Of a DNA stretch of 64,000 nucleotides, positions 14,115 to 26,406 are shown piece by piece. The stretch comes from Eledone cirrhosa. Taxonomy: Eukaryota. Both the position numbers and the translations under genes were made by a program. The notes under the pieces are model-generated. The model saw only the letters and a list, made by a program, of their open reading frames with translations, did no database searches and was not told where the DNA came from. The DNA lies in NCBI GenBank assembly GCA_964016885.1, contig OZ024746.1, forward strand, positions 50,654,001-50,718,000. The letters run 5' to 3'. How positions within the stretch are numbered: the stretch's first letter is position 1; each line of letters opens with the position of its first letter.

Positions 14115-15157
14115 TATAGATGGTTGATTATTTTTTTGAAACATGTCCATATATAAATCTGCTTAGACTCTTCCACCTGTCATCTTTTTTTGCTAGGGTA
14201 ACGATGCTGCTGACACCCCCTATCATCACATACACACTCACTCACGTGTTTATATATAAATTGGTAGGTGAGAGGAGGAATGAAGGGGCAACCTAAACGT
14301 TTTCCCCTTCATTTGCTCTCTCTCTCTCCATTACATCTGTCAGTGTTTGTTGCTAACCCCTCCCCATCCCACAGCTTTTACCATTTGGTGCTAATCTTTT
14401 TGCCCCTTAGCCCCACACCCTTTAACCCTTCTAACCATTCTGAAATCTCAGAAGTTCTTATTTGGAAAAAGCCCTTGAAACATGAACAAGAAAGGTCTTG
14501 TTTTCAACTAATCAAATTCTGCCCTTAGCCCCTATGTTTAACTTGTAATGTCTTCTACTACATCAATTCAAAATTAGCAAGACATTCTTGAAAATTACAA
14601 AGCAGCACTATGACTGCATCACATTAAAAGTCTTTTCTTTGGTTTATTGTAAATGTTCACAATGATATGACCATTAGTAAAGATACTGTAAACATTTGAT
14701 TCAACTAACTCATTTAAAAAAAATTTTTTTTTTCTGTTAACTCATTATTACATGATATTAAGAGTTATCATTCAAACCTTACTGAAATATCAGTAGTCTC
14801 TACCTTAAAGCCCTTAAAACATGAAGATGTATCTATCTCTCATGTCATGTGCCCTAAACTGATCAAATCATTTCTAACAACCAAACCCCTTTATTATATT
14901 ACCTGCCTTATATTAAAAAAAAATAAAATAAGATAAAATGAAACAGCAAAAATTTCTTTTAAAAAATATTTTAATCCCCACCCCACCCTGTCAAAAAAAA
15001 AACCTGTAACTTAAAACAGTGGAGAGAAAAACAGTGGCCAAGTGGACGAATTGTTATTTTTGTAACCAAAAGGTCGTGGGTTCAATTTCCAATATTGGCA
15101 CTGATGTTGTATTTTTTTTGTATTATTATTATTATTGTTATTTTTTTAGTATCTACA

Positions 15158-15190
<33 letters not shown>

Positions 15191-15240
15191 GAAAAATGAT
15201 GTATAAAATTTTTTGACTGACTGACTAATTATTTTTTCAG

Positions 15241-15299
15241 CCTTCGATCTGTTTAAAGAGCAGATAATCGAATTTATCAGGGAGAAACAATATGACTAA
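15241..15299 (+). CDS. Candidate terminal coding exon (FDLFKEQIIEFIREKQYD*)
   Basis: Branch-like ctaat plus ttttttcag acceptor, helical protein-like open frame to TAA, then AT-rich UTR-like sequence. Gene not recognised. Confidence 0.45.
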
Positions 15300-15533
15300 T
15301 TAGTACTGAAGAATGCTTCATTACTTTATGTTGTCTTAAACGAGCAATGATGGATTTCTGAAGACAAAAAAAGACTTCAAAATATTAAATGTTTGGGGGC
15401 TCGTTTAGATTTTTCAATTGTTTATATATTTTATTGTGCTGTTATTTTCTATAGAAAAAACAAACTGTAATTATATTTATTGATCTGTTTTAATTAATTA
15501 ATTTTTATAATTATATATGTATATATATGTATG

Positions 15534-15564
<31 letters not shown>

Positions 15565-15645
15565 ATATATGTCTGTCTGTATATGTATGTCTATATATAT
15601 ACACATACACACACATACACACCAACCTATCTTTATCTTTCTCTC

Positions 15646-15682
<37 letters not shown>

Positions 15683-16460
15683 ATATATATATTTCTATAT
15701 ATTTTTATCATCTTACTAACAATGTGGTAAGCTATGTAAATAAAGTTATTTTTTCCTTTACTATATATGTATACACACACACACACACGTACGTACGTCG
15801 CTGTATCTATATATACATACAAACAAATGAATGTATAAATATATATGCATGCATATATATTAAATTTGTGTGTATACATAGCAATCTTCTCTCTCTCTCT
15901 CTATATATATATGTATATGAATGTGTATGTGTGTGTGCATGTATATATATATATATACACACATACACACACATACATATCTGCAAAACTTTCCCATTCC
16001 TTGTCCCCCCCCTCTCTCTCACACATTTGTCATTTTTTTATCAGCCCTCCACTTCTAACCCCCCCTCACACACACCGCAGCCCCTCAGTCCAATCATTAT
16101 TAAAAAAAAGACAAAAAAAAACAGCCTCCTGCCCCACCATATCCGTCTCTATTTCCTCAACTCTAACAACAGCAAGAACAAGAATATAAACAATTTTCTC
16201 TTACCTAGACACCTCCTCCTCTTCCCCATTCTTCAGAGTAAAAGTTTAATAAAGGAGAAAATAAAGGTATTTTGAGATATTTTTTAATTATAATTTGTTG
16301 TTAGCTTTGTTTTTATTTCTGTCTCTTGTCTTTGATCTTATACCAACCCGGCCATGACACTCCTGTCATGGCATTCCTGTCTTTTTTGATCAGACACAAT
16401 GTATTACGTCAATGTCTTTTCCTTTTTGTTTTAACCCTTTAGCATTTACATTACTCTATA

Positions 16461-16648
16461 CAGTAAAATTCCGTTATAACGAAATTCACGGGGTGTAGAA
16501 AGAATTCGTTGTAACAAAAAATTCTTTATAACGAGATCGACCGAAACAAATCGAGCGTTTTTTTCTCATTACCTCAGGGATTGAAAAAAAATGTTATTAT
16601 ACTGAAAAGTTTGTTATAATGGTATTCGTTATAACGGAATTTTACCTG
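16461..16648. mobile_element. Tc1/mariner (pogo/Tigger-like) MITE
   Basis: TA-cagtaaaattccgttataacgaa ... ttcgttataacggaattttacctg-TA. Confidence 0.9.
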
Positions 16649-16747
16649 TATATACTATTGCATTTTTGTAATAATTATCTTACATAATTATCTTACATAA
16701 TATCGAATTTGCGAGACTTTAATGTTATTTATTTTGAGAACAATACT

Positions 16748-16963
16748 TTAACCCTTTAGCAATTAAACCGGCCGTATCCGGCCAGAATTCTCTCACCTCT
16801 TTCTGTTCAAAGCGACTGTAACAGGCAGCTCATACTTATGTTAACATATTGTTCTCAAAACAAATATCAAAATCAGTATTATGTCAGATGATTATGTGAG
16901 TTAAAGCATTTACAGTGAAAATATGATAGTAAATATAGAGTAATGTATATGCTAAAGGGTTAA
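16748..16963. mobile_element. piggyBac-type MITE, with additional ends at 16431-16460 and 17001-17056
   Basis: TTAA-ccctttagca ... tgctaaaggg-TTAA. Confidence 0.8.
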
Positions 16964-17218
16964 CGTCAGTATGGACAGCCAGTTATAGCCAGTTTGTACA
17001 GAAAGAGGTGAGAGAATTCTGACCAGATTCGGCCAGTTTAAATCCTAAAGGGTTAAATATAGTACTGTTATTTTTGGCATAGTTTCTGTGGCTGGATGCC
17101 CTTCCTAACACCGACCACAAAATATGGAGCATATAAACCAGATGTAGTTGCCTGATCATGACTTGGGTTGGACGGCTCATCACAGTCCAAGACATGTCAA
17201 CATTGAAAACATATAAAA

Positions 17219-17405
17219 TAATTGTTTCTACGTTAGGAACAAGGCCAGCAATTAACCAGTGCATTACTGGTACTTTATTTTATCGACCCCGTAAGGATGA
17301 AAGGCAAAGTTAACCTCGGCGGGATTTGAACTCAGAATGGCAAGGGCCGTAACTCTATACGTCAAAGCATGGCGTCCGACCCTCTCCCAACACTGCCAAT
17401 CCACC
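17219..17405 (-). mobile_element. SINE family A
   Basis: Full consensus with approximate TSD gaaaacat(at)aaaataat. Confidence 0.9.
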
Positions 17406-18190
17406 GAAAACATAAAATAATGATAGTGTAGATGATTGTGAGAGATTTCATGAGTTCATCACCATCATCGTCATCACTGTTTAACGTCCAAGTTAGCATG
17501 GGTTAGACTAAATTTCCTGTTGTGAGATAGGCCAGGTCAGGTGACCTAGTCTTACTCATATAGAACTGATTTTGGCTTGGTTTTTACAGCTGGTGTCCTT
17601 CCTAACGCCAACCACATTTACAGTGAGTGCTGGGTTCTTTTTGTCGTGACACCGCCAAATGGCTGAAACCATTAAAAGAAAAGAAAAGAAAAAAGAAAAG
17701 AAAAAAAAAATATATGCTCTAGGGTCTCAAATAATCGCCCTCTCCTCCTGCTTATTAAGTTTTCAAACCCTACCCCCGGTTTTATGCACCCCCCCCCCAT
17801 ATTAAATTCTGCTAATCTATCACGGGAGAAATTTTATTCTAAGTGGTAGCATTCCAGCGACAAGTAATTATCTTTATATATTACAAAAAAAAAAAAAAAA
17901 ACTTTATACATGACAAAAAAAGTACATTACTAGAAATCCCATACGTTATAAAATAAATAGGATTCTTTGGGGTCTCAATATGTAAACTAAACGACTAATT
18001 CTGATTAAATAAAAAAAATCAACTCTTCCGTTTACCCCCCCCCCCCCCCTTCCGCTTATTCCATCCCGCCCTTGGGACCCGAAAGTACATACAACCTCGC
18101 ATATTCGTATTCATTATACGGAGTAAAAACAATTTATCCAATAGCGAATAATACTTTTTCTAATAATGAGTTACGTCCCTTGAATAATAA

Positions 18191-18373
18191 GTGTTTCTAC
18201 TTTAGGCACAAGGCCAGCAAATTACCCAGTGCATTACTGGTACTTTATTTTATCGACCCTCGTAAGGATGAAAGGCAAAGTCAACCTCGGCGGGATTTGA
18301 ACTCGGATCGTAAAGGGACGTAACTATGCTGGAAAGCATGGCGTCCGACCCTCTACCGATACTGCCAATCCAC
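18191..18373 (-). mobile_element. SINE family A, young copy with 17-bp TSD
   Basis: TSD cgtcccttgaataataa at 18174-18190 and 18374-18390. Confidence 0.92.
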
Positions 18374-18699
18374 CGTCCCTTGAATAATAACTGACCTTGA
18401 GTAAGCAACTCTTCGAAAAGGTACTGAGAGTGACCTCCCCTGAATATTTTAATAGCGTGTCTTGTTCGAAAGGTAATTTTATCGAGATAGATTTGGGTAA
18501 GTCCATCGCATACTTGTTACGCGTCAGTTACGACGATGAGTTTCCAGTTGATATGGTCAACGGAACGGCCTGCTCGTGAAATTAATGGGCAAGTGGTTGA
18601 GCATTCCGCATACACTCGTATCTTTAACGTAAGTTCTCAGGGAGATTAAGCGTGGCAAGGCTGGCCTTTCGAATTACAGGCACAACTCATTTTTGCCAG

Positions 18700-19320
18700 C
18701 TGAGTGTGCTGCTGCTACTACCACTGCTATACTACTACTACAGCTGATACTGCTACTACTGTTGCTTCCCTACGTGTCAGGGGTGATCATGCTGGTTTTC
18801 GTGATGTCAGTAACATTGGTAATAGTGGGAGTGTTAGTAGTGGTAATGTCAGTGACGATGGTAGTAGTGGTAGTGATGATAGTGTTGTTGTGGTAGTTTC
18901 TGTGGTGGGAGCTGTGTTGCTGGTGGTAGTGACAATATTCGTGTTGTTGGTGGAGTGTCAATGATGGTGGTGATAGTTGTAGTGGTGTTGGTGTGGGTGG
19001 TAGTAATGTAGTGGTGTTGGTGGTAGTGGTAGTATCAATGGGGGTGATATTGGTGGTAGTGAAAGTAGTAGTGTTGGTGGTAGTGGTAATGTCAATGGTG
19101 GTGTTGGTGGCAGTGAAAGTAGTGGTGGTAGTGTCAATGGTGGTGAAAGTAGTGGTGTTGGTGGTAATGGTAGTTTCAATGGTTGTGGTATTGGTAGTAT
19201 CAGTCAGGGTTGTTGTTGTTGTGGTGGTGGTAGTGGAATTGAAGGTAGTGGTGTTAGTGTTGTTGTTGGTGGTGGTGAAGTTAGTGGTAGTGTCAGCGAT
19301 GCTGGAGTTGGTGCTGGGGG
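18700..19320. repeat. Degenerate (GTG/GTA/GTT)n trinucleotide tract
   Basis: Low complexity, giving poly-Val and poly-Thr pseudo-ORFs. Confidence 0.85.
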
Positions 19321-19662
19321 CGAGCTCCATACGTGGCATCTTAGGCAAGTAACTTTACCTTAACCTTGGGTTAAACTGAGTACACGTGACTGACTGTACG
19401 CTAGTACGTTAAACGTCCAATCTTGTTACAGTTTGTGTCCCATTGATTCGGCCTTGGAATAAGTGTCTGTGGAATATTCAGTGGTGTAGCTAGAATGAGT
19501 GTAGCCCGGGGCTGGCCTTGAGTTTTCCCTATCCCCATCCCCCAATAAAAAATACAATTTATACAGGCTTATGCAACAGACCCAAAAGTGCTACCCTCCA
19601 TAAATGTTGCACCCGGAATGGGCAGGCCACATATATCCGCTCCCCAGCTAAGCTACTAAGAA

Positions 19663-20050
19663 TACTGTTTCTACTTTTGGCACAAGGCCAGCAATTATCT
19701 TAGTGCATTACTGGTACTTTATTTTATCGGCCCCATAAAGATAAAAGGCAAAGTTAACCTCGGCGGGATTTGAACTCAGACCGTAAAGGGACGTAACTCT
19801 ATGCTGCAAAGCATGGCGTCCGACCCTCTACCGATACTGCCAATCCACCTCCTACTTACACTATAATTGTTTCTACTTTTGGCACAAGGCCAGCAATTTC
19901 CCAGGGCATTACTGGTACTTTATTTTATCGACCCCGTAAGGATGAAAGGCAAAGTTAACCTCGGCAGGATTTGAACTCAGACCGTAAAGGGCCGTAACTC
20001 CATGCTGCAAAGCATGGTGTCCGACCCTCTACCGATACTGTCAATCTACC
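19663..20050 (-). mobile_element. Two adjacent SINE family A copies
   Basis: Copies at 19663-19848 and 19865-20050, the second flanked by TSD ctacttacactataat. Confidence 0.9.
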
Positions 20051-20159
20051 ATCTACTTACACTATAATACACGACAGATTGTACATGTAATTCCATGGTT
20101 CTGTCTTTCCATGTATTGTGTTACGCTGTTGAAGTTTCTAAAATGTCTAAAGTCTGTCA

Positions 20160-20400
20160 CGAGCCCGGACGCTCATCAGGCCGGGACTTATCCCGGTTTC
20201 CATGGCGTTAAGTGACTGGGCGTACATTACTCCCTCCTGGACAGGACGCCAGGCTTAAACCTTCCACCTATTGCTGGCACTCATTTCCAGGTGAGTATAC
20301 TGAGTATACTGGAGCAAGAACACAACACATAACCCAGTCCAGGAATCGAACCCACGATATTATGGTCGTAAGCCGAACACCCTTACTACTAGGCGACGCG
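20160..20400 (-). mobile_element. Second tRNA-derived SINE family (CORE/Deu-like body)
   Basis: B box on the minus strand (rc of aggaatcgaaccc) and body cttatcccggtttccatggcgttaagtgactg...ctggacaggacgccag. Confidence 0.6.
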
Positions 20401-20929
20401 CTTAAAATTACAACGCGTCACCCAAGCTGGAAATCGCGAAACCCAAAACTTATGCTCATGAGTCCAAACCCCTAACCTTAATCACATGCCTTTAAAACCA
20501 GGATATAAAGGGACATAACTATATAGCGCAAGACATTTAGTCAAACTGTGTAGCCATTCCTGCCGCCCACCGCTATTGCCACCTTTGGTTTGTATGTTGA
20601 TATATTCAGTATTTGTTTAGAAGATTGACGACAATAGAAAAATAGGAGTTATTTATGAGTGACTTGGCGGAAATTATTCAGTGTTAGAAGCCAACGAAAC
20701 AAACAAACGTAAAGGCAAAGGAGAAAGAAACATAACTCACCAATGTAATTGAACAACAAAGAACAAACAAGCAGAGCAGTTTGGAAAGCGATGGTAAAAA
20801 TTAGCAAGTTAGTCGTAAATGTCAGCTGGGAGGATCAAGTGTAAAATATAGCAACATGTAATGGAGTCATTACAGAAGAGAGAAAATAGCCGATCTATCA
20901 TTTATTTTGTCTGTTTACAAGTATAGAAG

Positions 20930-22140
20930 ACATGAAGATAAAAATGATGATGATGGTAGTGATGGTGGTGGTGAGAATGATGATGGTGATGGTGATGATG
21001 TGGGTGAAAATGATGATGATGATGGTGGTGAGGATGATGATTTGGATAAAAATGATGATGATGGTGGTGGTGGTGATGTTGATGGTGGTGATATGGATGA
21101 AAATGATAGTGGTGGTGATGATGATGTGGATGAAAATGATAATGGTGGTGGTGATGAAGATGTGGATGATGATGATGATGGTGATGGTAATGATGATGAT
21201 GTAGATAAAAATGAAGACGGCGATGATGGTGTTGGTGGTGATGATGATAATGATGAAAATGATGATGACGATGATGGTGGTGGTGGTGGAGGCGGTGATG
21301 ATGATGATATAAAAATGACAGTGTCGGTGATGATAATGATGATGATTATAATATAAAAATGACAGTGCCTTCGATAATGATGATGATGATATAAAAACGA
21401 CAGTGCCGATGACGATAATGGCGATGATGATGATGATGATGATGATGATAGTTTATGTCACTGGCCACGAGTGTGCACGACATTGGAAACAATACCAGGA
21501 GGAAAAACAACATAAATTATGGTTTACATCCAATAAATCGAAGGGGGATATGTGAAATAATAGTAATAATAATTGCAGCAGCAGCAGTAGTAACAGTAGT
21601 AGTAGTAGTAGTAGTAGCAGTATTATTATTACTACGTTCTGAGTCCAAATCTCACCGAGGTTAACTTTGCCTTTCATCCTTACGGGGACGATAAAATAAA
21701 GTACCAGTAATGTACTGGGTAATTGCTGGCCTTGTGCCAAAAATCGAAACATTATTTTTATTATTAGTAGTAGTAGTAGCAGTAGTAGCAGCAACACTAG
21801 TAGCAGTAGCAGCAAAGCAGTAGTAGTGGTAATAGCAGTAGCAGCAGCAACAGTAGCAGTAGTAGCAGCAGTAATAGAAGGAGTAGTAGTAGCAGCAGTA
21901 GTAGTAGCAGCAGTGGTAGTAGTAGTAGTGGTAGTAGTAGCAGTAGCAGCAGCAGCACTAGTAGCAGTAGCAGCAGCAGCACTAGTAGTAGTAGTAGTGG
22001 TAGTAGTAGTGGTAGTAGTAGTGGTAGTAGTAGCGGTAGCACTAGTAGTAGCAGCAACAGCACTAGTAGTAGTAGTAACAGCAGCAGCAGCACTAGTAGT
22101 AGTAGCAGCAGCAGTAGTAGTAGCAGTAGTAGTGGTAGTA
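20930..22140. repeat. (GAT/GGT)n and (AGT/AGC)n tracts with a partial SINE A at 21630-21755
   Basis: Low-complexity triplet repeats. Confidence 0.85.
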
Positions 22141-22411
22141 ATGGTCGATTTTGTGGCAGTAGACTTAATTGTTCTCAAAGAATTTGATGAATTATAGCTG
22201 CTGGATTGAGTCTTCATTTACAGCAAGGAGAAACTGGAAACTCTGGAGCAGACGGTAAAATAAGATTGATTAAAAAATGGTGTCGGACGTTAATGGAACT
22301 GTTTTTATAATTGATTATCATTCTATTTCTTCTATTCCTTCTCACCCCATTCTTTCTACCCACGTTCTTTCTCTCTGCCTTTCCTCTCTCTTTATATTTA
22401 ACTCTATCTCC

Positions 22412-22444
<33 letters not shown>

Positions 22445-22548
22445 TTTGTCTTCCTGACTGTCTCTTTCTCCCTCTTTCGTTCTCTCTCTTTCTCTCTCTC
22501 TCTCTTTCGATATATATATATATATATGTGAAAATATTTATATATATG

Positions 22549-22586
<38 letters not shown>

Positions 22587-22949
22587 TATGTGTAAATATA
22601 TATGAAAAAAAAAAAAAAAAAAAAAAATATATAAAATAAACACTTTCACAAGCCCCCATACCGTCACAGCCATTCCTAGGCGTTACCTCCCCATCAAAAG
22701 CTCCATTACCACCACCGCCACCATTGTTACGGCTTCTAAAGTCCGAACATTTAATTAATACGACTGTTTAGCTCATGTTTCACAGATACATCTGATATAT
22801 CTACACACACACATACACACACTTACATATTAAGCACACACATTCACATATACATACGTAAACACATAAATGCTCACACATAGCAATTACTGTATGTACT
22901 GAAGGGTTCAATCCTCTTCCATATGACAAATAATACGAAACATACACAG

Positions 22950-23480
22950 GAACATACATTCATACATCACACACCTATACATACATTACATACATACATA
23001 TGGACATACACACGTACATACATACATGCACACATATATAAATGCATACGTACGCACAGACACATGCATACATACATTTACATACATACATACACACATG
23101 CATACATACATACACACACACATACACACACACATGCATACACACATACATACATACATACTTACACACATACATACACACATACATACATATGTACATA
23201 CATACATACACACATACATACACATATACATACATACATACATACACACACATGCATACATACATACATACACACACACATACATACATACATACATACA
23301 TACATACACACACACATGCATACACACATGCATACATGCATACATACACACATACATACACACATACATACATACATACATACATACATACATACATACA
23401 TACACACACATGCATACACACATACATACATACATACATACATACATACATACATACATACATACATACGTATGTACATA
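22950..23480. repeat. (CATA)n/(CA)n compound microsatellite
   Basis: Direct inspection. Confidence 0.95.
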
Positions 23481-23913
23481 CATATGTTAAACATTTCAGA
23501 AATTCAACATGTAATAACTGCATATACACATGTATAGACACAGAAACTTGTACGTGTACACATATGACTCAAAACATACAGGCCCACACATGCAATGACA
23601 TCCGTACCTGTACACATACAAATACATACATACACCTAAATTTCAAAGAAAGAGTTTTGTTTCTAAATTAGAAACCGGCTCTCTCTTTCTCTATTGGTAG
23701 ACATTTATAAAATAATGGTTTCTTATATAGGCACAGGGCCAGCAATTTTGGGGTAGGGGAAAGTCGATTAAATCGACCCCAGTACGTGACTGGTATTTTA
23801 TTTTATCGACCCCGTAAGGATGAAAGGCAAAGTTAACCTCGGCGGGATTTCAACTCAGGAAATTTATAAAATAATAAAACCAGAAGAGCATACATACATA
23901 AATACTACACAAC

Positions 23914-25495
23914 ATATGATCTGCATGTTACTCTAGTTTCTTGAACTTAATGCCGTTGGCGTATTGTTTGTCCTTACGAATTCGTTGACCAACTTTGGAA
24001 ATACATATATAGCCACAACTAGCGCAGACCGGGTTTAGTTCAATCCACTTCACGTGTTGTGCGTTTTCAGGCAGTTTGTTTAAACCAGGGGTGTGCAACA
24101 TATTCCATAGGAGGGCCACTTTTGAACATTGGAACAACTATTAGGGCCATTAATGTTTATTAAGCACTATTCCAAAGATTAACCACAACTTCTTTCCATG
24201 ACATGGAACTGGGAAATTATAACACACATAACCCTACCAGAAAATTGTATTATGGTTACAAAAAAAATTCTAAATAAGTCTACAAGGTAAAAATTAAAAA
24301 CGGTCATCGCGGGCCACTCTGACTGGTTTGGCGGGCAGGATTGTGGCCCGCAGGCCGCCTGTTGCACGCCGCTGGTTTAAATTCATATGATCTGCTTCTT
24401 ACGCTATTTTCTTGATCTTATTGCCGTTGGCGTTTTGTTTGTCCTTACGAATTCGTTGACTAGCTTTGGAAAGACATATATAACCACAAATAGCGCAGAC
24501 CATGTTTAGTTCAATCCACTTCACGTGTTGTGCGTTTTCATGCAGGTTGTTTAAATTATGTGTGAGAGTTTCGTACTTTTTTCAAAAACATCTGTGCCAT
24601 TTAAAAAAAAATCAATTCTCTCCATTAGTGGCGTTGAAGATATTTTTACCTCAGTTGTCCTCTCGTACTTCAAATGCTTTCAAAGAGGACTGACTATGCA
24701 GAGATCTTAAACAGGAGCCTTGTTTTGTGCTGTGGGCGCTTTCTACATACGAGTTCAACATATTGCTTGTTCAGGATATGTTACAGGTGTGTGTGGCTGG
24801 CGGTATCCTAAAAGTGCACCAAACTCTATAATCTGACAAGCGATTGTAATGCTCTTAGCAGAGTTTGCAGCCATCATCTGCTTTGTATCCTCTGGTTGTT
24901 CGTTCGTACAAGTTGCCCGGCCCAAAGTAAAGTGGTACTTGTGTATCATAGCTTCAGTATTCAAGATGTTGGCTCCCCACAACATCTGTGCCTGGAAATC
25001 GTGAAACAAGCTGACATTAGGAGATATGTCTTCAACATCACTAATGCAGACCTGCCAACCTCTAAAAATCTAAACGCGGAGTACCATGTAAAAAGGTCCC
25101 AGGTTCGAGCCCACTGCGTAGCTCTTAGATAAATGTCATTAAACTTTAGTAGACAGAAAATGTCAGGAAGCCCTTCGGATTGACTGTACTTGTAATTTAA
25201 AGGACCCACATTGTCACAACACACATAACATTGAATCTCTCTGAAAATTATGTTAAGGATACAGACCTGCCAAACTCCAAAAATCCAAACGTGGGAGTAC
25301 CATGAAAAGCAGTGCCCCAAAACAGGGAGAAATGAGGCAAAATGGGGAGATTGTAGAGAAACCATGATGCTTGTAGAGAAACCATGATGCTTGTAGAGAA
25401 ACCATGTTTCGTATGAGTAAAGAAAAGATGTCTGTACACAAGCATTATACACAGAAATGTTTCTTAGCATGTTGATGTTATGTTGGGACATAACA
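23914..25495 (-). mobile_element. Highly decayed RTE-like LINE 3' part, interrupted by other insertions
   Basis: VYNACVQTSFLYSYETW matches the RTE (V)Y.A.V...LLYG.ETW motif. Duplicated C-terminal CxxCGYICxSK zinc-finger-like units at 23914-24085 and 24383-24557. Confidence 0.5.
24086..24374. mobile_element. hAT (Charlie/Buster-like) MITE
   Basis: TIRs caggggtgtgcaac / gttgcacgccgctg, 8-bp TSD gtttaaac/gtttaaat, empty site in the paralogous repeat near 24550. Confidence 0.9.
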
Positions 25496-25691
25496 AGAGC
25501 CTAGAAGGGGTCAATTAGAAATAGGTTCACTTGAACCAAAAATAATAAGGCAATTACATTTAATACACATACCCCCTCCCTCACATATATAGATATAGAT
25601 ATTTGTAACTGCGCTACTTAGAATTCTAATTCAGGAATATATATCATCGGTCAAAACATTATCAAATATGCATATATATATATATATATAT

Positions 25692-26362
25692 ATTAGTAAA
25701 AGGAAAAGAAAATGCTGACAAATTGTTCCCAGTGAAAAATAGTTTAATTAGGAATAAGTATAAATTAGTAATAAGTATTGGTTAGTATTCAGTTTTAGTT
25801 TTAAGTTTTTACCTGTTGCGTATTTCTAATGCTTTTCAAAAATAATTTTGAGATAGAGCGCTCGTGATGTTTGCTCTAATCTGATCAGTTTTGGAATTCT
25901 TCCTGTTTTATGTGGAAAAAGTGGCTCCAGAGGTATTAAGATTTGGTAATTTTTAACATTCACGTGACCTCTACCGACCAATCAAAATTGTTTTGACTAC
26001 AAGAATTTTTGCAACACGAATTGGCGCAAAATTTATAGTACTCATTCACTTGACATTCAACAACCAACCAAATCTTAATACCTCTGGAGCCACTTTTTTT
26101 CACATAAAACAGGGAGAATTTCCAAAACTGATCAGATTAGAGCAAACATCACGAGCGCTCTATCTCAAAATTATTTTTGAAAAGCATTAGAAATGCGCAA
26201 CCGGTAAAAACTTAAAACTAAAACTGAATACTAATCAATACTTATTACTAATTTATACTTATTCCTAATTAAACTATTTTTCACTGGGAAAAATTTGTCA
26301 GCATTTTCTTTTCCTTTTACTAATATATCACAACTCGCGTGTTACACCTCTATTTTTTTAAA
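25692..26362. repeat. Fold-back of a TA-bounded repeat family (arms ~255 bp), with further copies at 36870-37165, 42804-42990 and 51275-51495
   Basis: 25692-25948 is the reverse complement of 26066-26323. Each copy carries the variant HHR-like motif TTGAAAA-GCATTagaAATGC-GCAACCGGTA. Confidence 0.9.
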
Positions 26363-26406
26363 TATATATATATATATATATATTTAAAAAAATAGAGGTG
26401 TAACAC

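Noticed and set aside
20172-20180. CTGATGAG on the minus strand as a hammerhead
   Set aside because: No stem II/GAAA/stem I partner, and it is part of a SINE body
18770-22217. Poly-Thr, poly-Val and poly-Asp ORFs as mucin-like or acidic proteins
   Set aside because: Triplet repeats open in several frames on both strands, and one ORF runs through a SINE. A short real exon at 22143-22217 cannot be excluded but is unsupported
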